Assembly: GCA_041483895.1 (NCBI GenBank)
Contig: JBGPGO010000026.1
Coordinates: 1-36,346 of the forward strand
Reading direction: 5' to 3'
Origin: Fimbriimonadia bacterium
Lineage (GTDB): Bacteria > Armatimonadota > Fimbriimonadia > Fimbriimonadales > JABRVX01
Length of the DNA stretch: 36,346 nt
Part shown: one piece after another, positions 27,847 to 36,328 of the stretch
Layout: every line of letters begins with the position of its first letter
How positions within the stretch are numbered: the stretch's first letter is position 1
Position numbers and translations under genes: made by a program
Notes under the pieces: model-generated
Told to the model about the DNA's origin: nothing
Seen by the model: the letters and a program-made list of their open reading frames with translations, nothing else
The model's database searches: none

Positions 27847-28155
27847 CTATCCTTCCAACAATTCGCGGACATCCCTCGCACCGTGCAGCACCCGAAAAAT
27901 GGTAACGCCGTCCTCGCGTTCCTGGTACACAATCAGATAGCTGAACTTCGTCCAAAACCGCAACGGCTTATCCGTCAGGTCCTCACGCACATGCCCGATG
28001 CCGGGAGACTTGGCGAGGCGGCCAAACTCGGCGTCGAGAAAACGGATCATCCGGTCGGCAGCGGCCTTTTCACCGCTTTCGGCCCAGACATAATCATGGA
28101 TTGCAAGAAGGTCGGCTTCCGCCGCCGGTGCTACAGTCAGCTTCTTGCGAGCCAC
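27847..28155 (-). CDS. parE: ParE/RelE-family toxin
   Basis: Motifs AEADL..I.DY, LA.SPGIGH.REDL, YLIVY, I.RVLHGARD. Confidence 0.9.
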   Translation of the reverse strand: MARKKLTVAPAAEADLLAIHDYVWAESGEKAAADRMIRFLDAEFGRLAKSPGIGHVREDLTDKPLRFWTKFSYLIVYQEREDGVTIFRVLHGARDVRELLEG

Positions 28156-28157
28156 TC

Positions 28158-28439
28158 CTACGCGGATGCCCGGTTCTTTGTGGCGTGCCGGCGTTCCGCC
28201 TCGCGAAGCAGCCCTTCAAGCCGTTCTTCCGTCCACTCGATCCCCAACCCCGCATCAATTTCGTCTATGCCCTTCTGGATCTCCCGCCGCAATTCGTCCA
28301 GACCGATCTTCTTTTGGCGATCGCGCTCATACAGCAGCCGCACTGCCTGTTCCACCACCCCGGCGGCATTTTCGTACCCGCCCGTGGCGACCTTTTCCTC
28401 AATCATCCGCTGAATTTCGGCCGGCAATTCGATGTTCAT
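28158..28439 (-). CDS. parD: ParD-family (RHH) antitoxin
   Basis: MNIELP....MIEEKV.TG.Y....VV..A.RLL...LRREIQKG. Directly upstream of parE. Confidence 0.9.
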   Translation of the reverse strand: MNIELPAEIQRMIEEKVATGGYENAAGVVEQAVRLLYERDRQKKIGLDELRREIQKGIDEIDAGLGIEWTEERLEGLLREAERRHATKNRASA

Positions 28440-28576
28440 AGGTAACCATTATATCACCCCTCCCCTTTTTCTCGGCCAAATACGATCCCCGTCGGCCCAC
28501 AGCGATCCTAGAGAAAAGGAGGAAGCGCGGCCAGGCATGCAACCATCCGTGCCAGGTAATGTACTAAAAGAGCGTC

Positions 28577-29353
28577 ATGAAAATAAGAACCCTAATCATC
28601 CTGCCAATCGCCTGTCTCGTGATCGCCGGTTGCCCTGGGAGCCATGCGAAGCGATACACCCATCGGACCGAGGCCGAAAAAGAGGGCCTGCACGGAGCGG
28701 TGGCCAGCATCCGGTTGGATAGCATTATCCAAGACAAGCGTAGGCTCCAGTCGACCGCGACCTTCGATAAGTTTGGCAACAAGGTGAAAGAGGTGGAGTA
28801 TGATGCAACCGGCAAGCCGGACCACACCACCATTGCAACTGTCGACGCCACCGGAAACGTAGTCAACGTACATGCAATCTTGATACTCCCGAGCGGCCCG
28901 CTTGAACAGAATAGCAGCCTCAAGTACGATTTCGGGGGCCATCCCCTATCAATTACATATAAGGGCGTGTTTGGCACGCCCGATGAGACGCTGAAGCTCA
29001 CGTTGGATGCACTGGGCCGGCCAGTAGAAGGGATCATGGAAGGTGCATCGTCGGATCCGACTATGCCTCATAAGCACGTATTCAAATACGACGGACATGG
29101 ATTTTTGACGGAAGATGCGGGCGTAGATGGTAATGGCACCACATGGATGCGCGATGCGTGGCAATATGATAACAATGGTATGCTGACAAAGCAGATCCAC
29201 TGGACGTTCTTGAATGGGATAGCATACACATATAGCAAGCATAAGTTTGACAAGAATGGCAGTTGGATCCGCCGCACTGTGACCGCCAGCGTCAATGGCA
29301 AGTCAAGCACAGGTTCCCGCACGGACATCAGGACGATCACGTATGCGAAGTAG
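28577..29353 (+). CDS. Lipoprotein with YD/RHS-like beta repeats (paralog 1)
   Basis: Lipobox IAGC, GL.G.V motif, repeated YD..G, FDKNGSWI.R and C-terminal RTITY. Confidence 0.8.
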   Translation: MKIRTLIILPIACLVIAGCPGSHAKRYTHRTEAEKEGLHGAVASIRLDSIIQDKRRLQSTATFDKFGNKVKEVEYDATGKPDHTTIATVDATGNVVNVHAILILPSGPLEQNSSLKYDFGGHPLSITYKGVFGTPDETLKLTLDALGRPVEGIMEGASSDPTMPHKHVFKYDGHGFLTEDAGVDGNGTTWMRDAWQYDNNGMLTKQIHWTFLNGIAYTYSKHKFDKNGSWIRRTVTASVNGKSSTGSRTDIRTITYAK

Positions 29354-30086
29354 CCTTCTCTTAGTAGTTTTGAGCGTCGCCGGGTGCGCCAAGCCGCCGT
29401 ATGTTCGCTTGAGCGAGGCCGCAGAAGATGGTCTGCGTGGACCGGTTGTAATGGCGCAGACCGAACATATCCGTGACGGCAAACATGAAGTCTTTTCGAG
29501 AGACACCTATGATCGATATGGTAATCGAGTCCGCATGGAGTTGTTCCCCACCGGAGGCGAACTTTTGGGCGTCGAAACCGAGACGATCGATTCGAAAGGC
29601 CATGTCGTGGAGAAGGCGCTCACAAACAACGGGCCGAACGGTCAGCGGCCAATAATGTTATCCAAATGCACCTATGAGTCTGATGGTAGACCGAAATCCG
29701 AAACCAAGACAATTGCAATTGGAAAGGTGACATCCGTGGTCACGTTCAAATTCGATTCAACCGGCCGGATTTCGGAAAAGACTGAAACGATGACGGGTAG
29801 TGGAAAACCACTCGGACCAATTCTCGAAACACGGAGCTACCATCAAAACGGTCAGCTTTCAAAGCAAGTAAGGGGTAGTAAACCCGGCGAGTCTGGCATG
29901 ACAAACACCGTTACATTTGATCAGCGCGGATTCGAGCAGCAATATGTGATGGCCTTCGACAATAGGACGCTCGTCACGACATATACGAAGTACAAAATCG
30001 ATTCGCATGGAAGTTGGACCAGTCGCAAGGTTGCTTCCGGCGATGACCACTATACTGAGGTCCGCAAAATTCAATATAGAAAATGA
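29343..30086 (+). CDS. Lipoprotein with YD/RHS-like beta repeats (paralog 2)
   Basis: Lipobox VAGC, GLRGPV, YD.YGN, DSHGSW..R and RKIQY. Overlaps the paralog 1 stop. Confidence 0.8.
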   Translation: MRSSLLLVVLSVAGCAKPPYVRLSEAAEDGLRGPVVMAQTEHIRDGKHEVFSRDTYDRYGNRVRMELFPTGGELLGVETETIDSKGHVVEKALTNNGPNGQRPIMLSKCTYESDGRPKSETKTIAIGKVTSVVTFKFDSTGRISEKTETMTGSGKPLGPILETRSYHQNGQLSKQVRGSKPGESGMTNTVTFDQRGFEQQYVMAFDNRTLVTTYTKYKIDSHGSWTSRKVASGDDHYTEVRKIQYRK

Positions 30087-30151
30087 GCGATTGGCGCGGG
30101 CCCGATCGGCGAAATCCCCCTCAGCCGGGCCGAGCCCGCGGCAATCCCAAT

Positions 30152-31339
30152 TTACACCGGTGCAAATTCTTTCGACCGTGTGACGGCATGCGTCGGGCCG
30201 ATGGCGGCAAGCGCCGTAGACAGGTCCTCGATCAGGTCCTCCGGATGCTCCAGACCGACCGACAGCCGCACCAGCGAATCGGTGATCCCCGCCCGGTCCC
30301 GCGCCTCCTGCGTCATCGAGGCGTGCGTCTGTTTCGCCGGGATGCACAGCAGCGACCGCACCCCGCCCAGCGACTCGCCCAGCGCGAACAGCTTCGTCGC
30401 CGACGCGAACCGCTTGGCCCCCTCGAAGTCCGTATCCAGTTCGATGGTGACGATGGACCCGAACCCGCTCATCTGCCTCTTCGCCAATTCGTGCTGCGGG
30501 TGCGACGGCAGCCCAGGGAAGATGGCGCGCTTTACCAACGGATGGCCCTCCAAGAAAGTGGCAACGGCGAAGGCGTTCTCCGCCTGTTGCCGCACGCGCA
30601 GACCCAACGTCTTCAGGCCGCGCTGAATCAGCCACGAATCGAACGGCGCCTGCACCGCCCCAATCGCGTTTTGCAAGAACTTCAGCCGCTCGAACAGTTT
30701 GTCGTCGTTGGTGAGACAAGCGCCGCCCAGAACATCCAAATGCCCACTGATATATTTGGTGGTCGAATGGATCACAATGTCCGCGCCCAATTCCAACGGC
30801 CGCTGGAAGATCGGTGTGGCAAAGGTGTTATCTACCACGGTCAGTATGCCATGCTCTTTCGCGATAGCAGATAGCGCCGCGATATCACACAATCCCAACA
30901 ACGGATTGGTAGGCGATTCCAGCCATAGCAGTTTCGTCGATGGCGTGATAGCAGCGCGGACGGCTGATAGGTCCGACAAATCCACGAATGATGCAGAGAT
31001 GCCAAACTCCTTATATACCAGTTCCAATATGCGGAACGTGCCGCCATACACACTGGCAGGGCAGATCACATGATCGCCACTCTTAAGTGTAAGCAGCACA
31101 TTGTTAATAGCAGCCATACCACTGGCAAAACAGAGCGCATATTTCGCCCCCTCCACCGCCGCCAGGCTGACTTCCAGCCGGCTGCGCGAGGGGTTGCCCG
31201 TGCGCGTATAGATGAATCCGCGATCCTGCCCGATTCCGTCCTGAACATAGGTGGATGTTTGATAGATAGGCGAAACGATGGCGCCGGTCAATTCGTCCGG
31301 CTCGTGTCCCGCGTGGATTGCGATGGTTTCCGGTCTCAT
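30152..31339 (-). CDS. metB: Cystathionine gamma-synthase / gamma-lyase (Cys/Met PLP enzyme)
   Basis: Motifs PIYQTSTY, YTRTGNP, ESPTNP, VDNTF, STTKYISGH, GESLGG, RLSVGLE. The synthase call rests on coupling to hom. Confidence 0.8.
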   Translation of the reverse strand: MRPETIAIHAGHEPDELTGAIVSPIYQTSTYVQDGIGQDRGFIYTRTGNPSRSRLEVSLAAVEGAKYALCFASGMAAINNVLLTLKSGDHVICPASVYGGTFRILELVYKEFGISASFVDLSDLSAVRAAITPSTKLLWLESPTNPLLGLCDIAALSAIAKEHGILTVVDNTFATPIFQRPLELGADIVIHSTTKYISGHLDVLGGACLTNDDKLFERLKFLQNAIGAVQAPFDSWLIQRGLKTLGLRVRQQAENAFAVATFLEGHPLVKRAIFPGLPSHPQHELAKRQMSGFGSIVTIELDTDFEGAKRFASATKLFALGESLGGVRSLLCIPAKQTHASMTQEARDRAGITDSLVRLSVGLEHPEDLIEDLSTALAAIGPTHAVTRSKEFAPV

Positions 31340-32622
31340 GATTGTTCTCCTTCGTAGATGGGAAATGCGCGAGGGGTCTCGCTGAGATACTTAAGTCGTT
31401 TCATTTCGGCCAGCGCCTGGGCTATCTGGGACCGCTTGGCGGGATGGGTGAGGATGACGATGTCGCCGCGCCCGTCCCCAATCGCCTCCACCCGGTGCAC
31501 GCCGACCTCCGCCCCGTCCAAAGCCCCGGTCACGGAAGCCAGAACATGCGGCTGGTCCTTAAACGTCACCCGCAGGTAGTAGCGGCTCAGCGAATCGGTC
31601 ACCAGGGTTGGCCGCTCCAAATCGAGCGACCGCCGCCCCGGCACGCAGGCCCGCTCCCCGGTCGCAATGCTCAAAATATCCCCCAGCACCGCCCGCGCCG
31701 TCGGCTTCGGCCCCGCGCCCGGTCCCGCGAAGAACAGTCGCCCGACCGACTCGCCGCGTAGGAGGACGGCATTCGATTCGTCGTTGATGGTGGCGAAGGG
31801 GTTCTCCAGCGGGACTAGGTGCGGAGCAACGCGAAGCTCCAGACCGTCCGCGTGGCGGCGGGCAACGGCCAGGAGCTTGATGGTGTGTCCAAAACCGGCG
31901 GCAAAGTGCAAGTCCTCGGAGGAAACTTGTACAATTCCTTCGGTCTGGACATCGGCGGGTCGGAGTGATGCGTTGAAGGCCTTGCGGGCCAAAATCACCA
32001 ATTTGCAAGCCGAGTCGCTGCCGGAAACATCCGCGGCGGGGTCGGCCTCGGCCAGCCCTTTCTCTTGCGCGAGCCGAACAGCTTCGTCGTACCCAAGGCC
32101 TGAGCGCGCCATTTTGGTCAAAATGAAATTCGTCGTCCCGTTCAATATGGCCGCGATGGAGTGGAACCGCTCCGACGCCAGGTTGTGGTCCAGCGACTGC
32201 AGCACCGGGATGCAGGAGCCGACGCTGGCCTCGTAGGCGAGCGAGCAGCCCCGGTCGTGCGCCAGCTCGGCCAGCTCCTCGCCGTGGTTGGCGAGCACCA
32301 CTTTGTTTGCGGTCACCACGCTCTTGCCCTCGCACAGGCCCTTGCGGATGGCGGTCAGCGCGGTGTCGTGCCCGCCGAGCAGCTCCACCACGATGTCCAG
32401 CTTTTGGCGAAAAACTTCATCTAAACTCTTTGTGAAGGAGAGTTTATTTTGAAGCCCGTTGCGGTCCTTGTCGGTGTCGCGGACCAGGGTTTTGCGGATT
32501 TTCAGCCGGACGCCGGCGGATTCGGCGATTTCCGCTTCCTCTTTGTGGATTAGCTCGGCGAGCGCGGACCCGACGACCCCGCATCCGAGCAGTCCCACGC
32601 TAACCTCTCTCACTTGTGCCAA
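31336..32622 (-). CDS. hom: Homoserine dehydrogenase with C-terminal ACT domain
   Basis: Motifs GLLGCGVVG, VVTANK, YEASV, ILNGTTNFIL, AEADP..DV.G.D, GPGAG. Start is TTG 32622 after ggggga. Confidence 0.93.
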   Translation of the reverse strand: MAQVREVSVGLLGCGVVGSALAELIHKEEAEIAESAGVRLKIRKTLVRDTDKDRNGLQNKLSFTKSLDEVFRQKLDIVVELLGGHDTALTAIRKGLCEGKSVVTANKVVLANHGEELAELAHDRGCSLAYEASVGSCIPVLQSLDHNLASERFHSIAAILNGTTNFILTKMARSGLGYDEAVRLAQEKGLAEADPAADVSGSDSACKLVILARKAFNASLRPADVQTEGIVQVSSEDLHFAAGFGHTIKLLAVARRHADGLELRVAPHLVPLENPFATINDESNAVLLRGESVGRLFFAGPGAGPKPTARAVLGDILSIATGERACVPGRRSLDLERPTLVTDSLSRYYLRVTFKDQPHVLASVTGALDGAEVGVHRVEAIGDGRGDIVILTHPAKRSQIAQALAEMKRLKYLSETPRAFPIYEGEQS

Positions 32623-32636
32623 TTTGTTATCCCCCA

Positions 32637-32671
32637 AATGTGAAAACCGCCCCCCGAGGTCGGGGAGCGGT
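32637..32671 (-). terminator. Intrinsic terminator (attenuator) in the hom leader
   Basis: 10-bp stem accgctcccc/ggggggcggt with one GU pair, followed by tttcacattt, 15 nt before the hom start. Confidence 0.75.
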
Positions 32672-32704
32672 CCGTAAATCGTGCGTTCGTATGTCGCGAA
32701 TCGC

Positions 32705-32812
32705 CTACCTATCGAACCCCCTGCCGAGAAGGGATGAAGCGCCAAAACTCGCCCCGTCGAGCGGGACGCCGGGCATCATCATATCGAGGTGGTAGACAAA
32801 AATATCGTTCAT
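32705..32812 (-). CDS. Putative methionine leader peptide (35 aa)
   Basis: MNDIFVYHLDMMMPGVPLDGASFGASSLLGRGFDR*, with ATGATGATG at 32782-32774. Confidence 0.65.
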   Translation of the reverse strand: MNDIFVYHLDMMMPGVPLDGASFGASSLLGRGFDR

Positions 32813-32829
32813 ATCTCTCGTTGGGGGCT

Positions 32830-32859
32830 AGTATAAACGATCGGGCCTGTGTTTGTCAA
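32830..32859 (-). promoter_or_regulatory. Sigma70 promoter of leader-hom-metB
   Basis: TTGACA-18 nt-TATACT. Confidence 0.75.
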
Positions 32860-32903
32860 GCGGGTCGGAGGAGCTTGTCAGGCTGGTCGCGGGCCGATCT
32901 TGA

Positions 32904-34295
32904 TTATTCCCGTTCTGCAGAAGCCTTCACATGCTCCATGGTAGCTGCATCGACCAAACTGCGGCCGAGCATTATCAAAATGGGATCTTCGAATCTTGCG
33001 TCGTGCCAGTTCGTATCCCGAAAGTCGGGCTGAGTGATTGGCAAAGTGGCGGACTCAATAAATCCCTTTGCCTGATGCTGCCATGGGACATCCTGCGTGT
33101 CAAAGTCCAATCCACCCAGCCAAGTACCAGTTAGATCGGAATCGCGAAAGGACGCTCCCTCAATCGAAGCGCCATGAAGACAGGCACGATGAAGCTTTGC
33201 GCCAAACAGATTCGATCGTTGAAGGTACGACCGCAGGAGGAAGCTCCCCTGCAAGTGCGCTCCCTTCATGAAGCACTCCGAAAGATCAACTCCACACATG
33301 AAGCATCCTACCATCGGGTGCGCTTCTGCCAAATGCAGGTCTTGAGATCTGTGGTCAGCTGCATATCTTGCCAACTTCCTCAGAACGCCAGCCAAAATCC
33401 AACTTGTGTCGATCAAACGGCCAGCACAGGTTGATATCTCCTTCGCTGCCGTCGCCCAATGTAATTCCTCACCGATTGTCCAATGCTTTTCAAGCGATGA
33501 GGAGAATTCGGGCACATTAATACAGAGGGCAAGAATTCGAAGGTCCATCTCTACTGTGTCAGTGAACCTCGCCAACGGAACGATGCGCTTCAAGTCACCA
33601 ATTGAGATTCGACCTGCGTTCCGATGGAGCACCGCGGCTATCGACTCCAGGAACGCCCAAAATGCGGATCTATTCAAGTCTGCATATTCGTGCAACAGTA
33701 CTTCTGTGAGCGTGTTCCAATCCGTGGATGCTGCATGTGTAAGATAGTGAAGTACCGACACTATTGCCGCCCGAACATTCTTGTCCTTCTCGCACAAAAG
33801 TGCCCTACATAGTTGCTCGACTCCTCGCCGATAGTATGGATAGTCCAAATACACCACATATGAGGGCCAGCGGCCACTAGGATATTGAGCCAGTGCTAAC
33901 AGCCGATCAGTCGCTCCAGCCCGGGTCCCCGCGTCGACGTTGGCCAGGCAATCCAGGATTTCGCTAAATCGCTCCTCCATTTGGCGTCGCCTGAAATGGT
34001 CCTCTGTTTGAGAACGATTAAGCAAGTAAGTCACTAGCACGCCGATTGCGGCAAAGAAGGTTGCCAAACCTGCTGGAAATTGCAACGCCCAAAGAAGCCA
34101 GGTCGCAATTACAACGATGCCTGCAAGTAATATCCAACCCAAATTCCGATCGATGACTATTCCGAGACTAGTAAGGAACCGTCGGAAGCGGCCACCTTCC
34201 GGCCGTCGCCACATCGCCATCATCCTCCCGGAAACCGCATCTTTACGACGAGGATTCGGAACCGAGTAACTTGAATCTGGCTTCGGCCTTTTCAT
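32904..34295 (-). CDS. Membrane-anchored pentapeptide-repeat protein
   Basis: Two TM helices, an ERFSEI...L......R.GA helical region, and A(H/N/K)L.G(A/S).L pentapeptide repeats. Start uncertain (34295 or 34214). Confidence 0.8.
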   Translation of the reverse strand: MKRPKPDSSYSVPNPRRKDAVSGRMMAMWRRPEGGRFRRFLTSLGIVIDRNLGWILLAGIVVIATWLLWALQFPAGLATFFAAIGVLVTYLLNRSQTEDHFRRRQMEERFSEILDCLANVDAGTRAGATDRLLALAQYPSGRWPSYVVYLDYPYYRRGVEQLCRALLCEKDKNVRAAIVSVLHYLTHAASTDWNTLTEVLLHEYADLNRSAFWAFLESIAAVLHRNAGRISIGDLKRIVPLARFTDTVEMDLRILALCINVPEFSSSLEKHWTIGEELHWATAAKEISTCAGRLIDTSWILAGVLRKLARYAADHRSQDLHLAEAHPMVGCFMCGVDLSECFMKGAHLQGSFLLRSYLQRSNLFGAKLHRACLHGASIEGASFRDSDLTGTWLGGLDFDTQDVPWQHQAKGFIESATLPITQPDFRDTNWHDARFEDPILIMLGRSLVDAATMEHVKASAERE

Positions 34296-34380
34296 TTGGT
34301 GGCCAAGTCCTTCCAAACATCGGCAATCACTCCGAAGATTAGAGGTGTTATCTCTTTGGCCATCTGCATTCGCGCAATGT

Positions 34381-35370
34381 TCACTTACGAAGAATGACTT
34401 TCGCCGCTTCCACATTGGTGGCCAATTCGACCTTAATATCTTCGGACATGGCCGCCCGTTGGAATAGCAAGACCGCCTGTTCAAACAATAGGATGTCAAT
34501 TTCGTGCGCGTGACTAGTGAAAGGATCCTGGAGAAAGATCACTTTCTGGCACAATTCTCTAACGACCGCAGCGGCAATCTGAACATCCCCACCGCGCGGT
34601 CCAGATTGGCACAGCCGGACCTTACTAGCGACCTCCTTCGCATCGCGACCGGCGGCGACGGCAAACTTCTTTACCCAGGCGCCAGTGGTGCCAGTCGTGA
34701 GAATGGCATCGTATTTATCAAAAATTGTGCGCAGATGCTCGACCACGAAGCAGCATAGAGCCAACTTCATACCATCATGTGCTATCAGCGCAAGCACTTT
34801 CATGTCCTTCGTGAGCCCTTCCAATGGAAGATAATCAGGAGGGGGCCTCTTATCAAATATGGGATGTTCGCGCCTCCGTAACTGGCCGAGCCAAGAACCG
34901 ACGGCAGCGCGAGCCGTATGAATATCGGATGCAATGAATACCTCATGCACATTGGCTTCTCGGCGAAGCACCATACTATCTGGCTTTCCAATTACATCGG
35001 CCCAGTCGGTCAAGTGGATAATTCCATCCAACCGACCCTCGACAAGCTCGTACGTCAACTCTATCATGCCTTCGATAGAGGACCCTACTGACACCAAACC
35101 CTCTCGAATCGTCTTTCTCCAACGAGCTAGATCGGCCTCATCGTCGATTGGGAAATCGGTTCCCTCTCGAATGGCTTCTCTATCTACATTATCCAGATCG
35201 CGTTCAACAACCGACATCACATACTCGTGCGTTCTGCCGGTACTGATTACTTCGAAGTGATTGCACAGAGGATACAAATGACGATAAATAAAGTCGTCTA
35301 CTTCACTTGGTCTATTTGCTCGGTATTGCGGTGTACTGATAAAAGCTATTCGCCCGAATTTCTGTGCCAT
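34381..35370 (-). CDS. Tandem methylglyoxal-synthase-domain protein
   Basis: C-terminal domain has ALIAHD..K, TGTTG, SGP.GGD.QI, IFLQDP...HAHE.D, LATN. N-terminal domain is a degenerate copy. SD gggagg. Confidence 0.85.
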   Translation of the reverse strand: MAQKFGRIAFISTPQYRANRPSEVDDFIYRHLYPLCNHFEVISTGRTHEYVMSVVERDLDNVDREAIREGTDFPIDDEADLARWRKTIREGLVSVGSSIEGMIELTYELVEGRLDGIIHLTDWADVIGKPDSMVLRREANVHEVFIASDIHTARAAVGSWLGQLRRREHPIFDKRPPPDYLPLEGLTKDMKVLALIAHDGMKLALCCFVVEHLRTIFDKYDAILTTGTTGAWVKKFAVAAGRDAKEVASKVRLCQSGPRGGDVQIAAAVVRELCQKVIFLQDPFTSHAHEIDILLFEQAVLLFQRAAMSEDIKVELATNVEAAKVILRK

Positions 35371-35507
35371 AGGTCCCTCCCTCAATCATCCCTTGCCTTT
35401 GCCAGCGCATCGAATATATTCCGTGCATCTCAAACAGTTGGACGTCAGACCTAACTGCTTACTGAATGCAAGCTGAAATGGTGCAAGTAGAATTACTAAC
35501 ATCGACG

Positions 35508-35536
35508 AGTTTAGCACTTTGAATCCTTCCTGTCAA
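35508..35536 (-). promoter_or_regulatory. Sigma70 promoter for the MGS-pentapeptide pair
   Basis: TTGACA-17 nt-TAAACT with an extended -10 TG. Confidence 0.65.
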
Positions 35537-35613
35537 GAATTGCCACAGATGCGTTTGCCTGAAGTACCGGCATGTCAAGAATTCGGATCTCGGCTAACGG
35601 ATCGTTTTCGTCG

Positions 35614-35903
35614 TCAGATCGCCACGATGAGGGCCAGATAGTTGCTGGCGTTGAAGGTCACCTCTTGGGTGTCGCGGGGGCGGAGGGCGCCGGTTTTGTG
35701 ATAGTGGTCGAGGACGTTGGCGAGGTTCTTGGCATTCAGTTGGCGCGGGTTGCCTGTTTGCGGGACGAAGAAAAGACCCCCACCCTCACCCTCCCCCGCA
35801 AGCGGGGGAGGGGAAACGGAACTCGGCGGCTCAACGTGTACAGCGTCGTCCCCTGTTCCGCCAATCGCCGGGCATATCGCCAGACGTCATCTTCTGTGAT
35901 CAC
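35614..35903 (-). pseudogene. Small hypothetical gene frameshifted across a REP element
   Basis: VITEDDVWRYARRLAEQGTTLYTLSRRVPF, then the REP, then in another frame FFVPQTGNPRQLNAKNLANVLDHYHKTGALRPRDTQEVTFNASNYLALIVAI*. Confidence 0.45.
35776..35813 (+). repeat. REP-like palindrome (family A)
   Basis: acccccaccctcaccctcccccgcaagcgggggaggg. Confidence 0.85.
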
Positions 35904-35990
35904 AACGCCAATATTCCGCGAGCGTTCGCGCACTTCCTGCCACGCAAATCCCTTCACAGTACGACTGTGAAGGGATAGGAGCAGCTCTGC

Positions 35991-36328
35991 CCTCCCCTTT
36001 TTCTCGATCAAATGAAGCGAACTTTGGACTGTCAGCAACTCAGAGAAAAGGGGGAGGATCAAGGTGGGGGTTCTTCATGCCTTCCGATCGGCAACCACAT
36101 AGCGCTCCGTGCAATTCCAGCCAAACGAAAACAACCCCCACCCAACCCTCCCCCTTTTTCCAGAATCGGCAAACGGCAGGAATCGGCAGACGGAAAAAAG
36201 GGGAGGGCTTCCTCTTCCCTCCCCTTTTTCTCGAACACGCACAATAACGCTTTGCCCACCACCAACCCAGAGAAAAGGGGGAGGATCAAGGTGGGGGTTC
36301 TTCATGCCTTCCGATCGGCAACCACATA
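35991..36328. repeat. Cluster of three long-loop family A REPs in alternating orientation, with a 61-bp exact direct repeat
   Basis: 36041-36101 equals 36268-36328. The opposite-orientation copy lies at 36134-36206. Confidence 0.8.

Noticed and set aside
32623..32745. ORF-track N-terminal extension of Hom
   Set aside because: It runs through the terminator and leader. TTG 32622 has an SD and sits just before the Rossmann motif.
32623..32830. SAM riboswitch or T-box upstream of hom-metB
   Set aside because: No SAM-I core (AUC..GAG..GCAACC..GUGC..GAU) or T-box GGUGGnACC on the coding strand. Not excluded without cmscan.
35511..35537. CIRCE element (ttagcactt)
   Set aside because: There is no second arm. 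The sequence is explained as a minus-strand promoter.
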